From: a virus
Lineage: Duplodnaviria; Caudoviricetes
Length of the DNA stretch: 43,424 bases
Virus record (IMG/VR): IMGVR_UViG_3300011335_000213
Coordinates: 1 to 43,424 of that record
Reading direction: 5' to 3' (one strand)
The notes beneath the pieces were generated by a model, which saw only the letters and a list, made by a program, of their open reading frames with translations, was not told the DNA's origin and ran no database searches. Made by a program: the position numbers and the translations under genes. This document shows positions 16,217 to 24,120 of the stretch, piece by piece (position 1 is the first letter of the stretch; the number at the start of each line of letters is the position of its first letter).

Positions 16217-17431
16217 GGTGGACTCCTTAATAATACGGTCGATGACGTCCATCTTCGTTAGCACTGAATGCAGCACTAAAGAGTCGATGGACTCGGATAT
16301 GGTCAGAAGGTCGACCGTAACATTGTCCTTCTGTCCAATTCTATGGCAGCGGTCTGCTGCTTGTTGTATGTCTGCTGGTGACCAACTGGCTTCAACAAAA
16401 ATTACATGGCTTGCAGCAGTTAAAGTCAGTCCTACTCCTGCAGCTTTGATATTGCCTACAAAAACTCTACAAGTTTTGTCTGCTTGAAACGTGTCAACAG
16501 CTGTTTGCCTATCTTCATTCTTGACTGAACCGGTTACTTTAACTGGGTTAAACTCTTTAAGTCCATCCATTAAACCGTCAATGATGTGTATGTGATGAGC
16601 AAACACCACAACCTTGTCTGTCTGCTCAAGACAGTCTTTGATATAAACAATGCTATCAGGCAGCTTCCTCTCAGCGTTCATCTTAAGAATGTCACTGATA
16701 GCTTCAAAAGGTATTGAGTCTGGTTTGTCAATTTGCTTTTGATCAAAATCTTTTTCACGCTTATCAACAGGCAAGTCAAGCTCAATGACTCTGTAAGTTT
16801 TTTCAGGCAAGTCTTTTAAGCATTCAGCTTTTGTCATCCGCAGCATGAATGGTTGAAGCACTGCTGCTAGCTCAGCAGAATGGCTTGAACCACTAAAGTC
16901 ATAGGTATCCCATGGCGTTCTCCAGCCTGCACAGTACCTCATGCCAAACTCAAAGTAACCTAGCTTAGTTGCACCGATTGAATAGAGCAAAGTCCACAAC
17001 TCGATCGGTCTATTGACAATTGGTGTGCCAGTTAGCAGACTTACATTAGGTGCAGCCTTGATCAGCTGCATCAAAACCTTTGTGCGTTTGGCTTTGTAGT
17101 TCTTTGCATAGTGTGCTTCATCAACAATCAAAGTGCTGACTGATGGTAAGTCTACCTTTTGCAGAATGTCATAGTTGATGATGGTCACATCAAGTTCTTT
17201 GATTGTGTCTTTAGGTGACTTGATGACTTGTACAGTTAGGTCAGGCCGCCACATCTTTAGCTCTCTTTGCCAGTTGAGTTTAAGCGAGGCTGGGCATACC
17301 ACCAGCGCAGGCTTTACTAAATCTAAGGCAGACACACAAGTCTTGCCTAAACCCATGTCCAAAGCAAGAATGGCCTTAGGTCTTTGACCTAGCCATTGCA
17401 CTGCTTGCACTTGATGCGGGTATAACTTCAC
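15917..17431 (-). CDS. SNF2-family helicase with fused C-terminal extension
   Basis: DMGLGKT, DEAH, LTGTP, GVGLTL, QAADRCHRIGQ. Likely GTG start at 17431 overlapping the upstream TGA. Confidence 0.9.
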   Translation of the reverse strand: MKLYPHQVQAVQWLGQRPKAILALDMGLGKTCVSALDLVKPALVVCPASLKLNWQRELKMWRPDLTVQVIKSPKDTIKELDVTIINYDILQKVDLPSVSTLIVDEAHYAKNYKAKRTKVLMQLIKAAPNVSLLTGTPIVNRPIELWTLLYSIGATKLGYFEFGMRYCAGWRTPWDTYDFSGSSHSAELAAVLQPFMLRMTKAECLKDLPEKTYRVIELDLPVDKREKDFDQKQIDKPDSIPFEAISDILKMNAERKLPDSIVYIKDCLEQTDKVVVFAHHIHIIDGLMDGLKEFNPVKVTGSVKNEDRQTAVDTFQADKTCRVFVGNIKAAGVGLTLTAASHVIFVEASWSPADIQQAADRCHRIGQKDNVTVDLLTISESIDSLVLHSVLTKMDVIDRIIKESTMDQSLIAQKLRELANLFEEQAAPKAVKETKAVKIEPAAAPMDVAVAPTLDDLRQGMAELIGSGKRDKVIAILANLGVKKVSDIEDDKFAEAMGLINGAR

Positions 17432-17538
17432 TCTGTTGCCCATGACCATAACTTATCAATGAGCATAGCTGTAGCTACGCCTATTAAGTAGAAAGGAATT
17501 AGAAAAGCAATGACAGCAATTGCAAGATAGATTTTCAT
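17428..17538 (-). CDS. Small membrane protein (36 aa)
   Basis: MKIYLAIAVIAFLIPFYLIGVATAMLIDKLWSWATE; 4-bp overlaps at both ends. Confidence 0.65.
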   Translation of the reverse strand: MKIYLAIAVIAFLIPFYLIGVATAMLIDKLWSWATE

Positions 17539-17723
17539 GCAAGCTCCAATGTAGGCTGCATAACTTGAACGTCATAGCCAAGAGCTTTTGCATTCTTGAG
17601 AGTTTCACGGCTCAAGGTTTTTTGACGTGCAATGTTTGCAAAGATGTGAGCTGCGTCATTTGCAGGATAGATCATCTCTGTGCCATACACATTTTTGATT
17701 GTGACTAATAAGACTTTGTTCAT
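17535..17723 (-). CDS. Hypothetical early protein (62 aa)
   Basis: MNKVLLVTIKNVYG...; AAGGA RBS and ATGA overlap support this start rather than 17783. Confidence 0.75.
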   Translation of the reverse strand: MNKVLLVTIKNVYGTEMIYPANDAAHIFANIARQKTLSRETLKNAKALGYDVQVMQPTLELA

Positions 17724-17911
17724 GACAATTCCTTTGCAGCATTCATAGCATTTACAATAGTTAAACAGTTTTTGGCTAAACACTTGAGAGTAGCATTTGA
17801 GCTGTTGCTAAAACTTACATCAGCATATTCCATCATTACTTCTTGAACTCTGATTGCCGTGTCTGCGTCAACCTTCAACCAAGCCATGATGTCTCTTGTT
17901 AATTGATTCAT
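17720..17911 (-). CDS. Hypothetical early protein (63 aa)
   Basis: MNQLTRDIMAWL...; AAGGA RBS; starts downstream of promoter copy 3. Confidence 0.7.
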   Translation of the reverse strand: MNQLTRDIMAWLKVDADTAIRVQEVMMEYADVSFSNSSNATLKCLAKNCLTIVNAMNAAKELS

Positions 17912-17927
17912 GATGTTTTCCTTTTTC

Positions 17928-17993
17928 GACATTGAGACAGCGTTATTGCTGTGAGATAATTGTACAACACTTTTTGAGTCGTACACAACTATT
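17928..17993 (-). promoter_or_regulatory. Repeated early promoter plus 5' hairpin element, copy 3
   Basis: TTGTGT-18nt-TACAAT, then ACAGC-AATAAC-GCTGT-CTCAATGT (compensatory stem change). Confidence 0.8.
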
Positions 17994-18008
17994 TTAGTTT
18001 TTTTTAAT

Positions 18009-18266
18009 TTATTTGCGTTTGGCCACTGGCAGCCAATTAGCTATATCAGGCCTGAGCTGCTCTTTTGTGAATGGTAGGGTCTTCATTGAACCGAACTTTT
18101 TGGCTGCCATACGGCCTACTTGGCCACGTGTAAACCAGTAAGAAACGGTGTTCCTACTCATCTTTGCTTGCCGTGCCATCTCGGCTTTTGTGCCAAAGTG
18201 GGCTAGCAGCCTGTCAAGGGCTTTACGGCATTCGGCTTTAAAAGGTTTAATTTTTTTTTGAGTCAT
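18009..18266 (-). CDS. Cro/YdaS-like HTH transcriptional regulator
   Basis: FGTKAEMARQAKMSRNTVSYW HTH and C-terminal LRPDI; located at the divergence point. Confidence 0.8.
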   Translation of the reverse strand: MTQKKIKPFKAECRKALDRLLAHFGTKAEMARQAKMSRNTVSYWFTRGQVGRMAAKKFGSMKTLPFTKEQLRPDIANWLPVAKRK

Positions 18267-18300
18267 GGTGTATTGTACATTGTTTTTTGTGTTAGAATTT
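18267..18300. promoter_or_regulatory. Divergent promoter region
   Basis: Leftward TACAAT (18277-18272) lies 5 nt before the regulator ATG; rightward extended -10 TGtTAGAAT at 18290-18298. Confidence 0.5.
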
Positions 18301-18346
18301 TAACTCCTCTTCTTTCTACTTTCTACTTTTTAGGAACCTCATCAAC

Positions 18347-18565
18347 ATGCCTGACTATGAAACCGACGATGCATTGTTTTTTATGCATCAAGAACAACTC
18401 TTGTCCTTGTCGCCTGAGATGAGGGAGGCTGTTGAAGATGCACGCAAACTCTTATTAGTCTCTAAGACTATGCTTATAGAGCTTAGACTCAGAAACATTG
18501 ATGCCAACAACATCGTTGCCTTAGCTGGCCTCTTGTACGAAAGAGGTGAAGCCAATGGAAAATAA
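18347..18565 (+). CDS. Hypothetical protein
   Basis: 72 aa, AGGA upstream, overlaps the primase start. Confidence 0.7.
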   Translation: MPDYETDDALFFMHQEQLLSLSPEMREAVEDARKLLLVSKTMLIELRLRNIDANNIVALAGLLYERGEANGK

Positions 18566-20975
18566 ACCTACCTCATCGGATTTAAGTGTTAGTAAACCTA
18601 CAGTCTTGGCAGTAGTGCCAAACAAAATTCCTACAGAGCTAAAAGCCATCCCTCGATGGGTCATGTGGAAGATGGTACCTCAATCAAAGCAGAACGGTGA
18701 GGTTGTATGGAAAAAGGTACCTTATCAGACTGATGGCAAGATGGCAAAAAGCACGGCTGCTGCCACATGGACAACCTATGAAGATGCCATGGATGCTTAC
18801 CTGATGGGTGGCTTTGATGGCATAGGCATCACAATCGATGGATCAAATGACTTCCAAGGCATTGACCTTGATGACTGCATCATTGATGGTGAATTGAACC
18901 AGGATGCCACTGAAGTATTGGACAAGATTGATGGCTATGCAGAAATCAGCCCTTCAGGCAAAGGCATAAAGCTGTTCACTAGGTCTAACTTAGCAATCTC
19001 TGGCAAGAAGGGCAACATTGAAGTTTACCGTGATGGCAGGTACTTCACAGTTACAGGCCACACGCTGAATGGTCACGGCTGCTTGCCTGATACCGTGCAA
19101 GACATTGACTGGTTTGTCGAAAGGCACTTTGGGTCAAACAATCAGGTAAGTTCCTTAGAAACCTATAAGCCGCCATTGACCGGTTGGGACATTGACAAGG
19201 TTGGTGATGAGCTTATACCGTTTTTAGGTGATATTGACAACTATGAGGATTGGCTCCAACTTGGCATGGCCCTTCACCATCAAGGCTCTGGTGATAGTAA
19301 GTGGATGGAAGTCTGGGACGAGGTTAGTCAAGCTACACCTACTTACAACCGGCAAGAACTAGAAACTAAGTGGGATTCTTTTAGTGAGCAGCGCAGTACT
19401 GGTGGAGGTGCTATCACTTTGGCTTCGATCATCAAGCGGGTTGGTGAGGTCAAGAAGGCTGAGCAACAAAAGACTTTTGAAAAGTATGAGGCAATGAGCA
19501 AAAATTGCCCTGACATTAATCAATTAAGGACTACTGTAGTTGAATCGATCAAGGAAGAGCTTGGCATTGACCATATAAGCCGTGGTGTTGTGGCACACAT
19601 ACTTAAAGACAAGTTCAAAGAGTTTAAGTTCCCTGTTTCTATTGGAGACGCCAAGAACCTGATTAAACAAAAAGGCAGAGATGGTGTGCCTGACTGGGCA
19701 GCAGACTGGGTTTATGTCACACATGAAGACCGGTTCTTTAATGTGGTCACCAAAAGGAAAGTTACGCAGTCAGGCTTTGGTGCCATGTTCAACCGTCTAA
19801 CCGGTGATGATTCTGCAGCTACTTTAGCCTTGAATTTGTGGGGCATTCCTACTCCTGACAAAATCATTTATTTACCTGCTGTTGGTGACCTGTTTGAGAT
19901 GAACGGAGTGCCATGTGTCAATGAATACAACAAAAACAGCCCACCAGACATTCCTGCTGCTTATAGCAAAGGAGACCTTGAAGCTATTGAAGTTGTGCGT
20001 GGGCATCTGGCAATGATCTTGACAGAACCTGGTGCTGCTGAAATGATGACTTCTTGGATGGCTTACTGTGTGCAGAATCCTGGCGTCAAGATTCGTTGGG
20101 CACCTTTGATTAAAGGAATTGAAGGTGATGGCAAGTCAGTGCTTGGCAATTTGATGATGGGTGTTATGGGAATTGTCAATGTAGGCATTGTCTCTCCTAG
20201 CGTATTGGCCACAGGCTTTACTAGTTGGGCAGCAGGCAGATGTGTTAACGTCTTAGAAGAGATTCGTATGGTTGGCCACAACCGTCACGATGTGCTAAAC
20301 ACCATCAAGCCATACATCACCAACGACCAAGTCACTATTCACCCAAAGGGCGTTAATGAGTATGTGGCCCCTAACACGGTTAACTACATTGCCTTTACTA
20401 ACCATCATGATGCTCTGCCTTTAGAGGACACAGATAGGCGTTGGTGGGTTCAGTTCACACCTTTTAATGATCAAGAAGAACTATTTCGAGTGGCTGATAG
20501 CAATTACTTTAGCCGCTTGTTTGAGTCTATTGCCAACCATGCACCTGGCCTCAGGAAGTGGCTGCTTGAGTTTGAACCTATAGAAGCATTTAACCCGAAA
20601 GGCCAAGCACCTACCTCTTTTGCTAAGAATCAGATGATTGGTTTGAACACATCAGATGAATTTCAGACTATAAAGACTCTGCTTGAAGAGGGGGGATTTG
20701 GCTTTAGCAAGGAAATTTTCTCAAGTAAACACCTCACAACTGCTATAAGTTTTGTCGAAGACGCAGAAGTGCCTAAAGGAAAAACATTGAACAAAATGCT
20801 CATGAAACTTGGCTATTCTACGCTTGGACACTCTGTCAAGTGGGAAGGCAAGGCTTGCACGATTTGGCTAAAAGGTTCGAGACTGAAAGCTTTTAAGGGG
20901 TTAGAAAAATCTGAAATAAATGACGAAATTCGAAATTTACTGGAAAAAACAAAAAATGAAGATCCTTTAAGTTGA
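18555..20975 (+). CDS. Primase-polymerase / PriCT-2 / P-loop helicase (DUF5906, D5-like) fusion
   Basis: AEP motifs GIDLDDC, EISPSGKG, YFTVTG; PriCT-2 YEDWLQLGMALH...W..S...KWDSF; Walker A GIEGDGKS, Walker B VLEEI, FTNH. GAGG RBS supports ATG 18555. Confidence 0.9.
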   Translation: MENKPTSSDLSVSKPTVLAVVPNKIPTELKAIPRWVMWKMVPQSKQNGEVVWKKVPYQTDGKMAKSTAAATWTTYEDAMDAYLMGGFDGIGITIDGSNDFQGIDLDDCIIDGELNQDATEVLDKIDGYAEISPSGKGIKLFTRSNLAISGKKGNIEVYRDGRYFTVTGHTLNGHGCLPDTVQDIDWFVERHFGSNNQVSSLETYKPPLTGWDIDKVGDELIPFLGDIDNYEDWLQLGMALHHQGSGDSKWMEVWDEVSQATPTYNRQELETKWDSFSEQRSTGGGAITLASIIKRVGEVKKAEQQKTFEKYEAMSKNCPDINQLRTTVVESIKEELGIDHISRGVVAHILKDKFKEFKFPVSIGDAKNLIKQKGRDGVPDWAADWVYVTHEDRFFNVVTKRKVTQSGFGAMFNRLTGDDSAATLALNLWGIPTPDKIIYLPAVGDLFEMNGVPCVNEYNKNSPPDIPAAYSKGDLEAIEVVRGHLAMILTEPGAAEMMTSWMAYCVQNPGVKIRWAPLIKGIEGDGKSVLGNLMMGVMGIVNVGIVSPSVLATGFTSWAAGRCVNVLEEIRMVGHNRHDVLNTIKPYITNDQVTIHPKGVNEYVAPNTVNYIAFTNHHDALPLEDTDRRWWVQFTPFNDQEELFRVADSNYFSRLFESIANHAPGLRKWLLEFEPIEAFNPKGQAPTSFAKNQMIGLNTSDEFQTIKTLLEEGGFGFSKEIFSSKHLTTAISFVEDAEVPKGKTLNKMLMKLGYSTLGHSVKWEGKACTIWLKGSRLKAFKGLEKSEINDEIRNLLEKTKNEDPLS

Positions 20976-21195
20976 AAATTCCGAACTTTAACGACCTCGA
21001 ACCTAACTCCGAACCTCCCCTCGAACTTGCTTAAATTGTTGATTTTCATATATATTTTACTTAAAAGGTTCGAGGTTCGAAATAATAGTATAAAGTTAGC
21101 AGCCGGCAGGAATATATATAATATAGGAATATGTTGTATATACTCCCGGTGGTGGTTGGACCCAAAACATTTCGAACCTCGAACCTCGAACCTGG
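20976..21195. repeat. Iteron-like (T/C)CGAAC(C/T) array with AT-rich spacers; putative replication origin
   Basis: Four forward copies at 20981-21027, two inverted (GGTTCGA x2, about 21067-21080) and three tandem forward at 21172-21192, separated by AT-rich tracts, directly after the primase-helicase gene. Confidence 0.7.
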
Positions 21196-21199
21196 ACGT

Positions 21200-21607
21200 A
21201 TGAAAAAAAAGATTACAAAGTCAGAGTCAAGTGAGCAAACTTTGCTCGTTGCCAGAGTGCGCAATTTTCATCCTGACCTGGTTTTTATGAGCATCCCGAA
21301 CGGTGGCAAAAGAGAGATTCGAGTAGCTGCGCAGATGAAGAGAGAAGGAGTGTTGGCAGGCGCTCCTGACCTGTTTCTCGCAGAGCCACGTGAGAATAAG
21401 CATGGATTGTTTATCGAGATGAAAAAGGTTGGTGGCAAAACTAGCAGCAGTCAGACTGATGTGATCGATAAGCTGCGTGCAAAAGGCTACGAGGCCTTTG
21501 TGTGCGAGGGAGCTGACGAGGCTTACGGCATGCTGCTGACCTATGTGTATGGTGACAAGCTACCTGACTGGCTTAAGCGCTTTGTGGTGGTTCGTGGCAA
21601 GAGCTGA
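21200..21607 (+). CDS. VRR-NUC domain nuclease
   Basis: E...Q, IPNGG.R, GV.AG.PDL, FIEMK, S..Q. Start moved to ATG 21200 because the upstream part is the repeat array. Confidence 0.88.
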   Translation: MKKKITKSESSEQTLLVARVRNFHPDLVFMSIPNGGKREIRVAAQMKREGVLAGAPDLFLAEPRENKHGLFIEMKKVGGKTSSSQTDVIDKLRAKGYEAFVCEGADEAYGMLLTYVYGDKLPDWLKRFVVVRGKS

Positions 21608-21676
21608 GGCACAAATAGCGGTATGATCTTTATGCTAAAATCTAAAGTAGAACGTCTGGCCGAAAGGGTTTGATTT

Positions 21677-22120
21677 ATGACACAATTGCGACAAAAAGGC
21701 GTGCCTGGTAATAAACCTGGCTCACCAAAGATGCCTGGATCAGGCCGTGCTGCAGGCACGCAGAACAAGATCACATTGACTGCAAGGCAAGCCATTGCCG
21801 AGTTTGTCGACGGCAATGCTCACCGGCTTACCGGTTGGCTTGATCAAGTTGCTAACGGCACTCCGTTGCTTGATGCCGAAGGTAAGCAAGTGTATGACAA
21901 CGAAGGCAACATGGTTTATGCTATCAGGCCAAACCCTGAGAAGGCGTTCAATTTGTTTCAAAGCGTGGTCGAGTATCATGTGCCGAAGCTTGCACGCAGC
22001 GAGATCAGTGGGCCTAACGGCGGAGCTATTGAGACTACGGTCGTAGACCTTAAAGGCTTGAGTGACAATGAGTTGGAGCAGATTCAGACCTTGCTGGTCA
22101 AAGCCACACCAACAGAATGA
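21677..22120 (+). CDS. Putative terminase small subunit
   Basis: GSGRAAGTQNK N-terminus and EISGPNGGAI...LSDNEL C-terminus; ATGA overlap with the large subunit. Confidence 0.7.
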   Translation: MTQLRQKGVPGNKPGSPKMPGSGRAAGTQNKITLTARQAIAEFVDGNAHRLTGWLDQVANGTPLLDAEGKQVYDNEGNMVYAIRPNPEKAFNLFQSVVEYHVPKLARSEISGPNGGAIETTVVDLKGLSDNELEQIQTLLVKATPTE

Positions 22121-23688
22121 ACTCTCCATTGGACCACAAAGCTTTAAGCGAGATGATCGCAAAGGAGCAATCACGACGAAAAGCTGAGAGCAATCTGTAC
22201 GAATTTGTCAAGCAAAGCTGGCATGTTGTTGAGCCGAGCATTCCATTCATACAAAGCTGGCACATTGAAACAATTTGTGAACACCTTGAAGCCATTACAA
22301 GTGGTGACATACGGCGCTTGCTGATCAACATCCCACCTCGTCACTCCAAGTCGACCATCGTCTCGGTCATGTGGCCTGCCTGGGAATGGATTGTCAACCC
22401 TTCGCAAAAGTTCTTGTGCGCTTCGTACTCAGGCAATCTCAGTACTCGTGACAACCTGAAGACCCGTCGCCTGCTGCAATCAAACTGGTATCAAGACAGG
22501 TGGAAGCACATGTTTGAATTGTCTGGTGACCAGAACGCCAAGCAGCGGTTCGAGAATGACAAAACCGGTTATAGGCTGGCAACTTCGGTTGGCGGCACTG
22601 CAACTGGTGAAGGTGGATCAAGGTTGATACTTGATGACCCTCATGGTGCGCAAGCTGCCCAGTCTGATGTCATGCGAAGCTCTGACCTTGAATGGTTTGA
22701 CATGGTGTGGTCAACCAGGCTGAACAATCCAAAGACCGATGCCATGGTCACAGTCATGCAGCGACTGCACGAGCTTGACATCAGCGGCCACATCCTTGAG
22801 GACATCAAAGGTTGGGAACATGTCTGCATACCGGCTGAATGGGATGGCAAGTCACGCAAGACCGTGCTTGGTCCATATGACCCACGCAAAGTCAAGAATG
22901 AACTGATCTGCCCTGAACGGTTTGGCAAGAAAGAGATTACGAACCTGAAGCAACTGCTCGGGTCGTATGGTACAGCAGGTCAGCTGCAGCAAGATCCTGT
23001 ACCTAGCCAAGGCGGTATCCTCAAGACAGACTGCTTCGAGATGTGGCCTGCTACCTCAGGCCTACCGCCATTCGAATACATCTTGCAGTCATACGATTGT
23101 GCCTTTACCGAGAAGACTACAGGCGACCCTACAGCATGTACGGTCTGGGCCATGTTCACGCACAAAGGTGAACGACACGCCATGTTGATCGATGCTTGGG
23201 ACGAACACCTCAGCTACCCTGACCTGCGTGCAAAGGCAATCAAGGATTGGACAACCGAGTACGGTGGCATGACCAAGGACTCACCATACTCACGAGCCAG
23301 AAGGCCTGACCGGATACTTGTTGAAGCAAAGGCCAGCGGCCAGTCCTTGCTACAAGACTTACGATTAGCTAAAGTGCCTGCTGTGGGCTATAATCCAGGC
23401 TTAGCAGACAAAGTATCGCGTGCACATCAAGCTGCTCCGACCTTGGAGCTAGGTTTGTTGTGGATACCTGAATCAGGAAAGAACCCTGGCCAACACGTCA
23501 GTTGGGCAGCACCTTTCCTAAAACAATTGGGCAAGTTCCCAGTAGCGGAGCATGATGACTATGTTGACACGTTTACGCAAGCTATTATCTATCTCAAGAA
23601 TGATAGATGGTTTGAGCTCCCTCAAGCTAAAGATATTGACGAGCCTCGCATCTCTAACAAACCGAAAATAAATCCTTATGCCGCCTAA
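22117..23688 (+). CDS. terL: Terminase large subunit
   Basis: INIPPRHSKS Walker A, LILDDPH Walker B, MQRLH..D, QSYDCA and HDDYVDT nuclease motifs. Confidence 0.95.
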   Translation: MNSPLDHKALSEMIAKEQSRRKAESNLYEFVKQSWHVVEPSIPFIQSWHIETICEHLEAITSGDIRRLLINIPPRHSKSTIVSVMWPAWEWIVNPSQKFLCASYSGNLSTRDNLKTRRLLQSNWYQDRWKHMFELSGDQNAKQRFENDKTGYRLATSVGGTATGEGGSRLILDDPHGAQAAQSDVMRSSDLEWFDMVWSTRLNNPKTDAMVTVMQRLHELDISGHILEDIKGWEHVCIPAEWDGKSRKTVLGPYDPRKVKNELICPERFGKKEITNLKQLLGSYGTAGQLQQDPVPSQGGILKTDCFEMWPATSGLPPFEYILQSYDCAFTEKTTGDPTACTVWAMFTHKGERHAMLIDAWDEHLSYPDLRAKAIKDWTTEYGGMTKDSPYSRARRPDRILVEAKASGQSLLQDLRLAKVPAVGYNPGLADKVSRAHQAAPTLELGLLWIPESGKNPGQHVSWAAPFLKQLGKFPVAEHDDYVDTFTQAIIYLKNDRWFELPQAKDIDEPRISNKPKINPYAA

Positions 23689-23845
23689 AAAACCTGTCTG
23701 GGAAAAAGCACGCCCCAAAAGCCTTGGCGAGAGCAAGCCTCTATCGTCCAAGGCTAAGTCGTCTGCTAAAGCAATGGCCAAAGCTGCAGGCAGACCTTAT
23801 CCAAACATGGTTGACAACATACGAGCTGCGGCTAAGAAAAAATGA
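23678..23845 (+). CDS. Small basic protein (55 aa)
   Basis: MPPKKPVWEKARPK...AKAAGRPYPNMVDNIRAAAKKK; overlaps both neighbours. Confidence 0.7.
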   Translation: MPPKKPVWEKARPKSLGESKPLSSKAKSSAKAMAKAAGRPYPNMVDNIRAAAKKK

Positions 23846-24117
23846 ACAAGCCAGTTGACAAAGATAGTCTCCAGCTTAATCAACCTAAGCGGACTCCTGG
23901 CCATCCTACAAAGTCGCACATTGTGAAGACCAAGGTAGATGGCAAGGAGAAGATTATCCGTTTTGGTCAACAAGGCGCAAGTACAGCAGGCAAACCTAAA
24001 GAAGGTGAGTCAGACCGTATGACTGCAAAGCGTGATTCATTCAAGGCACGGCATTCTGCTAACATAGCTAAAGGCCCAAGCAGTGCTGCATACTGGGCTA
24101 ACAAGGTTAAATGGTGA
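23842..24117 (+). CDS. Small basic conserved phage protein
   Basis: 91 aa: KIIRFGQQG...SFKARH...SAAYWANKVKW. Confidence 0.8.
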   Translation: MNKPVDKDSLQLNQPKRTPGHPTKSHIVKTKVDGKEKIIRFGQQGASTAGKPKEGESDRMTAKRDSFKARHSANIAKGPSSAAYWANKVKW

Positions 24118-24120
24118 TGT

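Noticed and set aside
17720-17986. Longest-ORF starts at 17986, 17783, 21131, 32858, 37459 and 41863
   Set aside because: They run through promoters, repeats or upstream genes; downstream starts with an RBS or stop/start overlap fit better.
20976-21195. CRISPR array
   Set aside because: Repeats are only 7 bp, irregularly spaced and in both orientations. The Cas4-like gene is a standard DUF2800 replication-module nuclease.
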